A stretch of DNA of 64,000 bases. Source: Octopus vulgaris (taxonomy: Eukaryota). This document shows, one piece after another, positions 44,989-59,231 of the stretch. The stretch is from the NCBI GenBank assembly GCA_951406725.2, contig OX597823.1, positions 94,736,001 to 94,800,000 on the forward strand, given 5' to 3'. The first letter of the stretch is position 1, and each line of letters starts with the position of its first letter. The position numbers and the translations under genes are program-made. A model generated the notes under the pieces. That model saw nothing but the letters and a program-made list of their open reading frames with translations, ran no database searches and was not told the origin of the DNA.

Positions 44989-47197
44989 GAATCATGGGTG
45001 GAAGACATATATATATATATATATGATTCTCCGTTTTTATTCTCTCTTTATGCACCTCATCTCCTCCAGGGCAACACCCCCTCATCATACTCTAGCATCA
45101 ATACTACAGCCTCATTCAGTTGATTAGTCATGCCTTGTGAGTTACTTGGCGACCTCACTAGTGCTGGTGCTACAAAAAAATGCATCCAGTCTACTCTGTA
45201 AAATGGTTGGCACCAGGAAGGGTATCCAGCTGTAGAAGCCATGCCAAAATTGAGCTCAATACAATCGTTTTGCTTATCAGATCCTGTCCAACTCATGCTG
45301 GCATCAACTGCAGACACATTAAAGTTGATGAGGATAATGTTATGTACCGCCATAACAACAAGCAAGCTGGCAGAATCATTAGCAGCATTTTGTCTGTCTT
45401 TATGTCCTGAGTTCAAATTCCGATGAAGCCGACTTTGCTTCAGTGGTCTCATGCCTTCCTGAGCTAGTTTTCCACCACATTTCTTAAATGTGGTAGAGGC
45501 CTTGATCTTGGCACCACTCATGTCTAGAAACTGAAGTTGGGGCTAAGCAAAGGCATGCTCCCCATAGAAAATCTAGCTCCAAAAACTCCTCATGATAGCA
45601 AAGGAGAATGGGCACCAGCTAGTCCAAAGTTTGGGGGTGGGTTGCACCTGCTTACTTCAGTTGCTATTGGCGTTGAGGTAGATCTGGCCACCCCCATTAA
45701 CGGGGACAAAGTCCAGATTTAAAACTGGATGATGATGAGTACTGAGGGTTAATGTTATCGATTTCCCCTCTCTCATAATTCCTGGCTTTGTGCCAGAATT
45801 TGAAACCAATATTACATATCCCCACATGTCCACCATTTCCTAAGCAGGTGTCAATTGGACAGGTCCTTATGGTCTGAGTTTTCTCTTCTTGAGATCTTTG
45901 CCCTTGTGCGCTGGTGCTTTTAAATGTCTTTTAGTTTGGTTTCTGTGACTGGATGCCCTTCTGTCCTGGGTGCCTTTTTTCATGGCATCAACACCCAAGA
46001 GGTTATTTCATCTTTCACAAGACAGGACTGAAGATATCTCTTAACCTTAGAATTTCTCTGCTTGTTTGCCACCCACTTTACACTATTGTGGGTGGGTGGG
46101 TTTTCTCAATGCACCTCTCTCCAAAAAGCTTGTGAGACGGAATTAACTGAACCTTATAACTTTACACATCCTCTGTTCAATGAGAAATCTTTCCGGAGGA
46201 TGCCCTAGCAGGGTTTCTCGTTCTGCGTGCAACACAGGTAATTAGGAAGATGTAGAGATCAGAGTAAAGTCAAGAGATGATGAGTTCATGTAGGAGAGAT
46301 GAGTGAAAGATGATGATGATGAGCAACAGGCAGATGAGTGTAGGGAGGTGAAATATGTGGGGGGGGCACAAAGGTGGGCTTGAAAGAATACAAATACAAA
46401 CACACATTTTATCTTTCTTATAACTGTTTCAATCATTAGACTGTGGCCATGCTGGATCACTGCCTTGAAGAATTTTAGTCTAAAAAGTCAACCCTAGTGT
46501 TTTTTTTTCTAATCCTGCTACGTATTCTATCAGTCCCTTTTGCTGAACCGTTAAGTTATAGGGATGTAAACACACCGACACCAGTTATCCAGGAGTGGTG
46601 GGAGACACACACACACACACACAGACATATACTCACAACAGGCTTCTTTCAGTTTCCATCTATCAAATCCACTCACATGTTTTTGGTCAGTCCAAGGCTA
46701 TAGTAGAAGACACTTGCCCAAGGTTGCACCCTATATATATATATGTTTCTTTATTACCCACAAGGGGCTAAACAAGGACAGACAAACGGATTAAGTCGAT
46801 TACATCAACCCCAGTGCGTAACTGGTACTTAATTTTATCAACCCCTAAAGAAAGGCAAAGTCAACCTCGGCGGAATTTGAACTCAGAACATAACGGCAGA
46901 AGAAATACGGCTACGCATTTCACCTGGCGTGCTAACGTTTCTGCCAGCTTGCACCCTATATATATATATATGTATGTATGTATACATACACAGACACACA
47001 CCCCAGCCTTTTTAGAACATTGCAATGTGTATTTCATTGCAAACTGGTTTGTTCTTTATCAACTTGAGAAATGTCTAAATGGTCTTTTGTCATTTCTCGC
47101 GTGAGATGCAACATCCTAAGTTGAATCTTCGTCACTTTGTTTTAAGTCTTTCTTTTCCACAGGATCCACCAACTTCAACCACTTGGCTCTTCCTTAA

Positions 47198-47414
47198 CCC
47201 TTTCGTTACTGTATTTATTTTGAGATGCTCTGTGTTCTTTCAATTACTTTAAATATAACATATAGTTATATAAAATATAGTTATCATTAAGCTAGTGTTA
47301 GGAACATAAATTGTGACTAAGGTTTGGGTGGAAGATTTTAATTCAAAACTTATGGAAACAAGACATTTATACTCAGAGCCAGAAGCGGTTTCAGCCAGGT
47401 TGGTAACAAAAGGG
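47198..47414. mobile_element. TTAA-specific (piggyBac-type) MITE inside a decayed RTE-like fragment
   Basis: TTAA|CCCTTTCGTTAC ... GTAACAAAAGGG|TTAA. Confidence 0.85.
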
Positions 47415-48390
47415 TTAAGCAACAGTTGTCCCCTATATGCATCATATACCTGTTCCAACACAGCTTCCTTTCTTCTACCCTCCATTAACATTGTACATCC
47501 AGCCAAGCATGTTTGCCTCGTTTCTTCCTGGTTTTCTGCATTTAAGGTCCGTCTTTCACTGCCATGCTGCATCACATTTCAAACACAAGCATCATGCAAT
47601 CTACCCATCACTTTGAGGAGGAAACCTTTGTTGCCAGCAGGGGTAATAATTTCAATACAACCCCTTCCACTGCTCAGTAAGCTATGTAACAGAAGCTATC
47701 AACTACACCTAGTAAACCGTCCCCTTTAGAGCCTGAAACTGCCCTTGGTTTTATGAAACAGATTTCTTTGTTTTAAAGGGATCTAAATTAAAACCTCCCA
47801 TCAAAATTCCATGTTGATGTATAACCTACACACCTGTTTCATAATGACTAATTTTGGTAAATTCTTTATTATTCTCAAGATTAATTGAAATGAAAGCATT
47901 TCAACAAAAATATGATAGCAAAAGGGTTAAGGAACTTTACTTCTGGTGTGCTCTTGATGCTTATTGCCTATGTATACTGCTGTACAGCTGGTATCAGATT
48001 CCTCTATTATGGCTTGGAGGACTACAATATACAGAAGCAGGAGGAGTTCTGAGCCTTGAAGGACTCCTACCTTTCTGCTAAATTTGTCATAGAACTCCTC
48101 ACCAGCTCATTCTTTTACTGAGTGCAGCTTACATGTAGCTTTATACAACCCTTGCAATCATTTACTCTTAATTTCTTTTGTAATCTCAGGTTACTGACAC
48201 TAGTGACCTATCAAAGACCTTCCCTATGCCAATGAATGCTAGGTAAAGTGGCTGGCTTACTTCTCTGAAGTTGCCTGTCATCTGTCATGGCTATAATGTT
48301 GAACTGCATTTCAAGTAAGCTAATTCTGTTCCCAATCAATTCTCCAAACACTCTCTCTCTCTGACCTTCATGACTTGGTCCATCTATGTG

Positions 48391-48624
48391 TTTCTTTATT
48401 ACCCACAAGGGACTAAACACAGAGGGGACATACAAGGACAGTCAAACGGATTAAGTCGATTACATCGACCCCAGTGCGTAACTGGTACTTATTTAATCAA
48501 CCCTGAAAAGATGAAAGGCAAAGTTGACCTCGGCAGAATTTGAACTCAGAGCGTAACGGCAGACGAAATACGGCTACGCATTTTGCCTGGCGTGCTAACG
48601 GTTCTGCCAGCTCGCTGCCTTCAA
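48391..48624 (-). mobile_element. Family A SINE with 16-bp TSD TTGGTCCATCTATGTG
   Basis: TSD at 48375-48390 and 48625-48640. Confidence 0.9.
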
Positions 48625-49098
48625 TTGGTCCATCTATGTGATGCCTTTGTAATTTCCTCTCAGGCACCTCCCTTTTCCTTTTAAAAGTTTACAATGATAT
48701 CACTACATAAGTCATTGGGTATCACCTTCTGTTTTTACCTGATTAACTAATTAGCTAATTAGCACGAATCCCGCTTTGCTAGATATTTTCAGCATTTCAC
48801 TTGATGTACCTGCAGCTTTTCTCATCTTCATCATCTTAATTTATCTACTAAACCCTTGCCGACATGAATTGCTAGTGCTTCTGTTGGGTTCACATGAGGT
48901 AGACCTTGTTTTCCCATGCATCCTCACCATTCAACAAACTCTCATAATAGCATTTCCGTGTCCCTTTATAGTCATCAGCAGTAAAGGCAAGCATGCCTGT
49001 CTCATTCAAGAAATAGACTTCTCTTCAGTAACATTTGGTTTTACTCTGGTAAACCATTTTGCAACCTAGACCACCTCACGTCTATGATTTTATATATA

Positions 49099-49858
49099 CA
49101 GGGTGCGGTGAATAAACTGTCATCTAAATTATGCAAAAATGAAAATAACACTGACATCTCATTTTAACAGATATATTTACCAAAATTACATAAAAATATC
49201 TTGAAATACTAAAGAGTAAATTTATTCAATAAAATCACCATTGGCTTCAACCATTGCCTCCAGGCGACTTCGGAATCTCCTGCAACTCTCCCGGATGGTC
49301 CCCAACTTTAAGTTGGTGAATGCTGCCATAATCCTTGCCTTCAGTTCATTGGTATTACAAGGAGCTTTGTTGGTCTCTCGTTCAACTACGCTCCACACAT
49401 AATAATTAAGTGGGTTGCAGTCTGGGGAGTTAGGTGGTCAGATGTTAGAGGGGATGTGGTTGCAGAAATTATCTGACAGCCATGACTGGGTTCTTCTGCT
49501 TGTGTGCCATGGTGCAGAGTCCTGTTGCCAGATATAGGGCCTTCCAGCAGCCACCCTCTTGACCCAGGGCATCACTATCTCCTTCAGGCACTTGATGTAG
49601 GCCTCCATGTTGAGTCTGAGGCCATGTGGAATGATGAATGGAGGCATAACGTCACCATCACTAGTGATCATTCCAAACACCATGATGTTGACAGCATGTC
49701 ATTTCCAAATTTTTGGCAGAGTGAATTGCATCATGGTGCTGTTTTTCTCACAGACGGTGCCCAACTAACCCTACTATACTGTGTAGTCGAAATAAAAAAC
49801 AATGTGCATGAGTGAAATTAAAAATATAAAATGGCAACAATTTACTCGTCACACCCTG
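49099..49858 (-). mobile_element. Tc1/mariner DD37D (maT-type) internally deleted element
   Basis: TA|CAGGGTG...CACCCTG|TA termini; the minus strand encodes MVFGMITSDG..WQQDSAPWHTS..(stop)PPNSPDCNPLNYYVW, with 37 residues between the 2nd and 3rd catalytic positions (D in the 6.3-7.1 kb copy). Confidence 0.9.
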
Positions 49859-51130
49859 TATATATACACACGCGTGTGTGTGTGTGTGTGTGTGCGCACA
49901 CACGGCTGTATGGTAAGAAGTATGCTTCTTAACCTTTTGGTCTTGGGTTCAGTCCCACTGCATGCCACCTTGGGCAAGTGTTTTCTACAACTTCAAGTTG
50001 GCCAGAGCCTTGTGAGTGGATTTGGTGGAAACTGAAAGAAGCCTGTCAGGTGTAGATGAGTGTCACCATTACTGTACAAGCAGTGTCTTTCATTTCCAGT
50101 CTTTTGTGAAAACCTGTCTGGTCTGGAGGAAGATGCTACCTTATTTGGAAAACGGTGAGGGTTAATGATAGGGGGGGCATCCAGCCATAGAAAACCCAAC
50201 TCAACAAATTCTGTCTGAACCTTGTGAACATGGCAAAGTGGACACTAAAGCAATTTATATACCTTGCACACATCCAGCTGTAGGAACCATGCTGAAACAG
50301 ATGACTGGAACCTGGTGCAGCCCTCCAGCCATGCCAGCTCCTGTCAGACTGTCCAGTTCATTGCCAGCATAGGAAACAGACATTAAAATGATGATGATGA
50401 CACGCACGCACATTTGTGCTTATGTTTGCATAATTGTCCGTATGTCTATTTAGAGAGATATATTGGCACAACTGGTGAAGTCAAGTGAACAACTGAAGAC
50501 TCGCGTCAGAAATTTTGGTTGACCGTTAACAACTTGTGGACAGTCAAAAGTGAAATTCAGCTTAGACTGTCAACTTTTGATATAATAAACATATCTAATT
50601 ACTCATATTTATTTCTTTATTGCCCATGGGGGGGGGTGCTAAACATAGAGGGGACAAACAAGGATGGACAAAGGGACTGACCCCAGTGTATAACTGGTAC
50701 TTATTTAATCAACCCCGAAAGGATGAAAGGCAAAGCTGAACTCAGAACGTAACGGCAGACGAAATACCACTAGGCATTTTGCCTGGTGTGCTAACATTTC
50801 TGCCAGCTTGAGCAGATAATGTTTGCACCATGGAATATAGATTTTTAATATATTTTACAACTTCTCTGGTTCTTTATGTTTTGAGTTCAGACACCATGAA
50901 GGTCAGCTTTGCCTTTCATTCCTCCAGGGGCTGACAAAATAAAGTACCTTCCAAGTACTGGGAAATATGGTATAGATTAATCCTTTCCCATCAAATCTGA
51001 TGTCCCTGAATCTGAAACCAGCAAGCTGGTAGAATCATTAGCATTCCAGTATTTCGTCTGTCTTTATGTTCTTGGTTCAAATTCTGCTAAGGTCAGCTTA
51101 ACTTCATTCCTTTGAGGTCAATAGAATAAA

Positions 51131-51465
51131 TCATCATAATCATTGTCCGACCGTGGTCGAGACAATGGAATTTACTATGTTACGCCAGAATCCACGGTCC
51201 ATCATAGCATTATGGAGGTCCTGTTGCTGGATGCCTGTATCCCTGGAGATTACATCAGGGTAGGAGAGTGTACGCCCTATGGTATCGTGAGCAGATGGCT
51301 TCCAGAGGAGAAGAGTAGAAATTACCTCGTTTTCAGCTCTACAACAATGTCCAGCAAACTGGACTCTTCTACCTTTCACAAGAGATGATACAGGTGGTAA
51401 TTTTCCATATATTTGTACTTTGGTTGGATGACACTTCCACGAGAGATTTTGAGCTCTCATAAGGA
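51131..51465 (-). mobile_element. RTE-like LINE C-terminal fragment inserted in a family A SINE
   Basis: RRVQFAGHCCRA..LLLWKP..LSYPDVISRDTG..AMMDRGFW; (ATG)n-like tail; SINE halves on both sides. Confidence 0.75.
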
Positions 51466-52551
51466 GAGCACTGGGGTCCTTGTAATCAACTTACCTCCTC
51501 CCTTGAAATTACTGGCCTTGTGCCAAAAGTTAAAGGTGATATATTTTACACCTCTTACATGCTATTAAGGAAAAGACTATCTCATTATCTGGAGACAATA
51601 GGTCAGGTGTGGACATGTTTCTACCTCATAAGGCATCATCTACACAGCAGTTGCCCTACCATACCCCCAGCAGAATAAGACACTTTGACATGTACAAAAA
51701 AAGTAGAATACACCTGTGGTCCCAAGGTAATTTGCATAAAAGAAACGAAAATGAAGAGTAAATCTGAATGGCCATTGGCATGCTAATTAATGTAATCTTA
51801 ATCAACAAAGATGAACAAGGGTACAAGAAATTGAAATTATCCCTGCTTTTAGAGAAGATAGAAAATTTGTTTGATGGCAGCTGGTACCACACGCACATGC
51901 ACACGCACTTGCACATGCGCACACACACACGGCTGTATTTCTGTATCTCACTTTCTATCTTATATATGTATATATCATGCGATCATATGATCAACCAGAC
52001 TATCCGATATTGTTATACATCGCTAGTCACAATGCACTTCACATTGTTTTAGCTTTTGAATGGTGCCACCTTGCTGGCTAGGTGAGCAGGCCAACATCTG
52101 CCCCTAATCAGAAGGCTAGTGTGTCACAGGGTGATCCATTTACAGCTGAGTGGACTGGAACAAAGGGAAAGGAAATGTTTTGCTCAAGAAATTGAACCCA
52201 CAATCCAGTCATCATGAATGCAATACCCTAACCACTAGGTCACATACCCTTCATGTATATATGAAGGCCTGCTGGCAAAATGCTGCTCTTCTAAATAGAA
52301 ACCTTATCTGTCATTGTGGTGTTGTGGCACAAAGCAAAGCAGGCCTTGCCGTCCACTCAAGAAAGCACAGAGTAAATGATCCTGAAGTACTCAAGCAAAC
52401 TGAGTCCTCAACTTGTTCCATTTACCAAAAGGTTTATAAGGAACCAGCAGACCTCAAGAGACACCTTCATGTCCAGAGAACATGATTAACGCTTTATTTC
52501 ACTGAACCTTCATCATTCATGACAAGAGAATCCATCATATATACATATATA

Positions 52552-53215
52552 TCATCATCATCGTTTAACATCCGTTTTCCATGCTAGCATGGGTTGGACG
52601 GTTCGACCGGGGTCTGGGAAGCCAGGAGGCGGCACCAGGCTCCAGTCTGATCTGGTAGTGTTTCTACAGCTGGATGCCCTTCCTAATGCCAACCATTCCG
52701 TGAGTGTAGTGGGTGCTTTTTACGTGCCACCGGCACAGGTGCCAGGGGAAGCTGGCAGCGGCCACATTTGGTTGGTGCTTTTTACCTGCCACCAGCACGG
52801 AAGCCAGTCAAGGCGGCGCTGGCATCTGTCACGTTTGGATGGTGCTTTTTACGTGCCACTGGAACAGTTATCACAACTACAATTTCCATTTGATATTTAT
52901 TTTTGATGTCAATGTACTTGACTCAATAGGTCTCCTCAAGCACAGCAGGTCACCATACGATCCAAGATAAGCACAGCAGGTCGTTCTGCAATCCAAGGTA
53001 CTTTGGATGGGCTGGAGCTGCTGTGCGAAACTGGTGCAGGAAACAGCCATGAACTCACGTTATTTGTCAGGTCTTTGCAGTCACAGCATATCTCCAGAGA
53101 TCTTGGTCTTTCATCCTTGCCTCTGTGCAGCCTAATGTTCGAAGGTTATGCTTCACCACTTCATCCCATGTCTTCCTGGGTCTCCTCTCCCCCGGATTCC
53201 TTCAACTGTTTGGGA
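52552..53215 (-). mobile_element. Longer RTE 3' fragment (end of ORF + 3' UTR)
   Basis: Colinear with 38738-39482. Confidence 0.88.
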
Positions 53216-53928
53216 GTCTATTGCCCCTGTGCATCTACTGCATACGAAAGCTGTCTTGGTTAATTATATATATATATATAACACCAAGTAAGTTAGGGGT
53301 TGTGGATCCAACCCTTCTAAGGGATAATACTTATCCGATATACTGTTTGTATACTACCCAAATTATTAATACACAAGTGATATATATATATACATATATA
53401 TATATATATTCTCACATGGTCCTTTGAGGTCTGTCCTGACACCTCATCTCCACTGTTTAATCTCACTCCAGCTCATCACTGAACTCTCCCACCTTCTCCT
53501 CTATAATATGTGTAACCATGTAGCTCTTCTGCAGCAGGAAACCTATTCTGGGCTCCTTCTCACAAACTGTAACCTCTCACCGCTTGGCATAGTGCTGCCA
53601 CTCGCTCTCTCTCTCTCTGGCTTCACTCAGTCTAGTGGGCTGCATGGAAAATGGCATTCAGTACACACTGTAAAACGGTTGGCATTGGGAAGGCCATTCA
53701 GCCATAGAAGCCCAGCCGAAGCAAACACTGGGGCATAATGCAGTCCTAGGACTTGTTGGATCTTGTTAAACTGTCCAACCCATGCCAGCAGGGCATATGG
53801 ACGTTAAATAATGACGATATGTAATCTGTGTATCTATGTATTTATCTGTTTAAAGACGTACACACATTCATAGGCATATAGATTTATGAACTAGCACATA
53901 TATAAACACGTGTATGAATTCCTGCGTT

Positions 53929-54193
53929 GATAGATAGATAGATAGAGAGATATAGAGATAGATAGATAGATAGTTAGAGATATATAGAGATAGATAGTTA
54001 GAGCGATATAGAGATAGATAGATAGTTAGAGCGATATAGAGATAGATAGATAGTTAGAGAGATATAGAGATAGATAGATAGTTAAAGATACAGAGATAGA
54101 TAGTTAGAGAGATATAGAGATAGATAGATAGTTAGAGAGATATAGAGATAGATAGATAGTTAGAGAGATAGATAGATACAGAGATAGATATAG
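53929..54193. repeat. Compound (GATA)n/(GA)n microsatellite
   Basis: Directly visible. Confidence 0.95.
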
Positions 54194-54299
54194 AAAGAAA
54201 GAATTCACTAAAATGGATACGTTGGAAGATTACTGCAACTCATTTCATGTCAGACTTGGACGACGAATGCCATGTTCGTGTGGATTTGGGGAATCAATA

Positions 54300-57025
54300 T
54301 TTGTTGCCCAGGGCAAAAAAGGGGGAAAAAAATCATGTATAATTTTAAACCTTGAATAATTTCAAGTTAAACACTCACACAAAGTACGTTTAGTTGTTTT
54401 TCAAACGGGAGTCATGAACTCAATACGTGTGTGTGTGTGTAAATAAAGTTAGGTAAGGTCTGTTTATGGGACTACCTTAGGTTTCACGTTCATAAAGGGT
54501 TTAGTTTTATGGAGTATCATCAGATCCCCAAACCTGTTGGCCTAAGGCCTCTAGCGAGTGTGTGTAAACAAAATTACAATATAGTTTAAGTGAATACAAT
54601 AGTGTGTGTCTTTTGTCACTACTTCAACAGTTCAATCGCGATGCAATTGTATTCATTTGTAATGGATACAATAAATAGAGCAACACCGTTTTCACGAGAT
54701 GCCACGGAAGGGGAGGGGTAAGGTTCGTTGCCCTTGGGAAGAGGCCTCCTTGAAAATCGCGCGTGTGCGCGATTGTTTTGGCTCTTTTCGTTGATGCCGT
54801 CCAAACATTTCACTCGCAGACAATTCTTAGAATAAGGAATTCTGCTACACGTTTTTAAAACCGACACAGATTTGGACGAGAGAGATGTTTTCACGGCATC
54901 AAGAAGATGTCTTAGATTTAAGACACACACGGACAGTCACAATGTGTGTGTGTGAGAGAGAGAGAGAGGGAGAGAGAGAGAGAGAGAGAGAGATCCAAGA
55001 CAACTGGTAGGAGTTCTTTAGGGGCCTACAGTTACGGTTAGGGGCCAAAGTGATTGTCGAAGTTTGAAACGAGCTTTTGCACGAACATTTTAGGCCCGTC
55101 ACTAACGTCTGTAGTATTCTACGCTATTTAATATAATCTATAGGCATAACTACAGTTTAGCGCCTCAAATTTGTTTCCTTCATAATTTCCTGAAGTAGAT
55201 TGCTATTATGTTGATAACGTTGCCTTTAATATTTTTTTTTTGTTAAGGTATTTCGGATTATTCTTAACCCCCTCCCCCACGACTCTGTTGCCCCATAACA
55301 CTCTTTTAAAATGCATATTTTTCAAATGACACTTTGTAAATTATGTAATGTTGATGTTCAAACATAGAATATTAGTCTGGGAAATCACGGAAATTGGTGG
55401 AGCCAGTTTAATTCCCGCAAAACAAACTCGGAGCGGATGTGAGTTGTGTTGATAGAACGATTCAAAATTCCTCCTAAAGACGTGTCTTTGCTGACATTTT
55501 ATCTGCATAATCGCCCTCAAAAATGTATTTTTTTCAGTTTTTCGTTAACGCAGGTTTTAAAAGTTATGAGGACAAGATCGGGTGATGAAAGGGGCACCAA
55601 TGTGTGCTTACACGTATGTGCCATCGCTCGATACTTTCAGATCTTGAGTCGCTCTGCTACTTCTAAAATTAATGTGTGGGTACATCGGTCCCTTTATATT
55701 CGCTGATGCACAATGTAAGAGTGCACCATTGGTGCAGGTCTGAAGAAGTGTCACGCTAACGTTTAAAATCGCAAATATTACATACATTTTCACTTTTGTG
55801 TGAGCTGGCATTGAAAGTAGAGTTTGTACAGAAGCCGCTGTAAACGGTCATTAAAGATGGGTTGAAGTCCTTTTCTTCTTCGGATTATATTTTACTCTTC
55901 GCTAAACCCACAAAATGGTTTTACCATTGTGAAACCTGGAATTTCTAAACCTAATGAATTTCTAAATTAGCCTGCCTAAAGTTCTAGTTGAGTGGTTCAT
56001 TGGAAAAGCCCCAACTTTCTGCCCTCCCAGGACCTTATATATATATATAGTGTAACATCGTCCGTTTTTCCGTCCTTGTTTCGTATACATTCGAAGCTTT
56101 TTTTCCAAGGGATCTAATGCTCTTAGCTTAGTTTTTCCTTGGGGCTGGCCAGATTGGAGCAATCTCAAGATTAATCAGCCGAAATTGCGAGGATGATCCG
56201 GTTCTTGACTGAAGATTGAAGGCTTCGAATGACCCGTCCGTGTTTTTTGTATCGTCTTCTGGATGTTTTGCGTTCTTGTCCCATTTTGTATGTATATATA
56301 TATATGGAGTAATGTCCGTCTTTATATATCCAGTTTATTAGTAAACACTTGCTTCGTTTAAACAATGTCAAAGACAAGAGTCTACTTTTCGCCCGATAAC
56401 ATTCTCCTGGTTTCTGTTTATACTTCATCATATGTGCAGTGTACCCCCAGTCTCTCTGGCATCATCACCATGGCAGCAGCAGCAGCGGCTGTCGGTCCGT
56501 TTGATGTCAAAAGTTGGTTACCACTGCTTTTCCGACTACACACACACGCACACACACACATATATCCGTCAGTCTTGTATCAATCCAGAAAAACCTGTCT
56601 AGGCCAGACTGGGGACACACAGACATAAGTAGCTGTATCTTTTCTCCCCCCCCCCCCATCGCACATTCCTCTTTCTTTTCAATACTTACTTTCTGCCTGC
56701 TCCTGCCCCCCTCCCCACCTCCTCAACATCACCTCCGCCGCGCCGCCGCTATGTAAAATGTTTTTCCTCTTTTTTCCACATCATCAATAGTAATTATCAT
56801 GTTGTCTTCGTGTTGTACAACAACACTAAAAACCATCCTTTCTAACCATTTTGACTAAAGATCTACAGTTTACTACTTACAAGACACATACGGATATCGT
56901 ATGTGTGTGTGTGTGTGTGTGTGTGGTAGTTGATACATTTGTCTTGTGTAATTTGATCTGTAATCGTATGTCTGCAGGCAATTATAAATATATCTCTAAC
57001 ACACGTGTGTGTGTAGGTATGTATA

Positions 57026-57107
<82 letters not shown>

Positions 57108-57150
57108 CATGTGTATATGTCTGTCTGTCGATCGCTCCCTCTCTATCTAT
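54300..57150. promoter_or_regulatory. CpG-rich, interspersed-repeat-poor block, candidate promoter or enhancer
   Basis: Many CpGs; TTCCCGCAAAA (E2F-like) at about 55412, the palindrome AATCGCGCGTGTGCGCGATT at about 54755, and a CCGCCGCGCCGCCG run at about 56735. Confidence 0.35.
56065..56290 (+). mobile_element. Interspersed repeat, reverse complement of about 26520-26710
   Basis: Shared TCTTAGCTTAG..GGCCAGATTGGAGCA..CTGAAGA..ATGACCCGTCC. Confidence 0.65.
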
Positions 57151-57977
57151 GAGAGGGCTCACTCTTGATGCTTGCTTTTGGGTTTGTTGAAGATGCATTT
57201 ATCATTAAAAAACAGCATAACATTAGAAAAATAATGTCCAAGAGAAATGCTGAACGACTTTCCTGCTCTACATTCGCAATAAACACTGCTGCAATATACA
57301 CAGTCTCACTTTCTGGGATTTCCTGTCATCCTACTGTCAATTAGGTCTTAGTTGATGGGTGGGGAATCTGGAACCAAAGCAGGATGAGAGCCTTGTGGTG
57401 TGGGCAAGCCACTATCATTTATTGCCTCTAATGCTCACGTCTCACTCTCACTGCAGTGACTAACAGTGACTGTGGATCTCTTCAGTTCACTGTACATTGC
57501 TTTAGTATATTCAGTGTGGTGCCCCAGCGTGGCTGCAGATATATGACTGAAACGAATGGAAGACAGCTGGTGTTGGGCCTTTCTGTCTTTCTCACTCACT
57601 TAAGGGATCTCGTCAGACCTGCCATGCACCCCATACATCCTAGCTGTCCTCCCTCATTAGCCGTTGGGTATAAACATCCACCATCCACTCTCACCATTTA
57701 TTCACCTCTCGCTAGCTGTCGCCCTCTAACCCTTATCCCTTCTAGTACCATGATAAAATGCACCTAGTACCCTCTCTGTTAAGTGTAAGAATGAGAGATC
57801 CCCCATTTGTCTTGTCAAAGATATGACCACCCTTTGAGTCTTGGTGCCACAAACAGATGTACCCAAGCTAAAGATGAAACTCTTGGGTGAGATGTGACCT
57901 GAACAGGAGAGCAGCAAACAAAATGTCCAGCTTAGGCCAACATGGAAAGCAAACCTACTTTGTCTTTTTTTCTCTCT

Positions 57978-58301
57978 CCCCTGACACCTGTGCCAGTGGC
58001 ACAAAAAACGCACCATCCATATGTGGTTGATGCCAGCACCACCTTGACTGGCTTGTGTGCTGGTGGCATGTAAAATGCACCAACCGATCGTGGCCGTTGC
58101 TAGCCTCCCCTAGTACCTGTGCCGATGGCACGTAAAAAGCACCCACTACACTCACGGAGTGGTTGGCGTTAGGAAGGGCATCCAGCCGTAGAAACACTGC
58201 CAGATCAGACTGGAGCCTGGTGCAGCCTCCTGGCTTCCCAGACCCTGGTTGAACTGTCCAACCCATGCTAGCACGGAAAACGGACGTTAAATGATGATGA
58301 T
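57978..58301 (+). mobile_element. RTE 3'-end copy
   Basis: Family motifs and GAT tail. Confidence 0.87.
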
Positions 58302-58559
58302 GGTTAGTACATGTTCAGAACCACTTTTACCACACTGCTACTTAGGTAATCTTGGTGACAGAAGATCTCAATTTCTTTTAGGGGGTTTTCTGGCCATTTG
58401 AGGGAAAATTTATTTCTTGTGTGTTTACAGTAGTTATTTTCGTATGTGCACTAGCTACACATGAAGACTGCCTGTTACTTTGCTTGTCATGCTAGTGTGA
58501 CTTCTGTGCATCCATAGTATATACTGTGTTCACCATACGGAATTTCTACCTACAACCTT

Positions 58560-59170
58560 TCTTCATATCAAACGGCCATTTCCCTGATCATCGCAGGATC
58601 TCTGATGTTCTTTCCTTCTAACTAAATCTTGGTCCCTACTGAGTTTACCTTGAGGGTTCCCAGTTCTAGGTTTGGCTTCCAAGTCTGGAATTCCTCTTGA
58701 ATCTACAAAAATTGGGTCATCAGCATACAGGGTTCCCCACATGCATTTGGCTTCTGCTATGGTCTGAAGGATTATAATAAACAAGAGGAAATTGAGGATT
58801 GAACCTTGTCTGCATATCATATTTACTGCTCAACCTGTTACTTGCCCTTACTTTTGAACATGGATTATACAGCCTTCATAAATTCTTTGTTTCCTTAGCA
58901 ACTGCTACAGAATGTAGAACCCTGCTAAAGTCCTTCTCCAGGAATTTAAGTATGGTGGATTACTCCTAGTTAAGTTCCTCTCTTGTAGGAAGACAGAATC
59001 AGTAGTATCTCTTCTTGGTATAAATCTGAATGACATCACATTTAGGAGCTGTTGTCTTTTCAAGACTTTCAGAGCCTCATCCAGCAATTTAAGTTAGCTG
59101 TTTTCTCTTGTGCATCTCCTTTGCCTTTGTGGCATTTGATGAGGTTATTACAATACCAGTGATCAGATAT
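58560..59170 (-). pseudogene. Highly decayed RTE reverse transcriptase fragment
   Basis: QGSILNFLLFIIILQTI..WGTLYADD and FIPRRDTTDSVF, with frameshifts. Confidence 0.75.
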
Positions 59171-59231
59171 GAGACTGCCCTGCACTCCCTGATTGATTTT
59201 ACAAATAACTAGCATAGTATGGTGTATGTGT

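Noticed and set aside
50490-50522. CTGAAGA...GAAA hammerhead candidate
   Set aside because: No stem II or stem III pairing; likely a chance match.
56205-56245. Hammerhead at CTGAAGA..GAAT..GTC (and its homologue near 26590-26620)
   Set aside because: The GAAA box is not intact and stems I and II do not pair convincingly.
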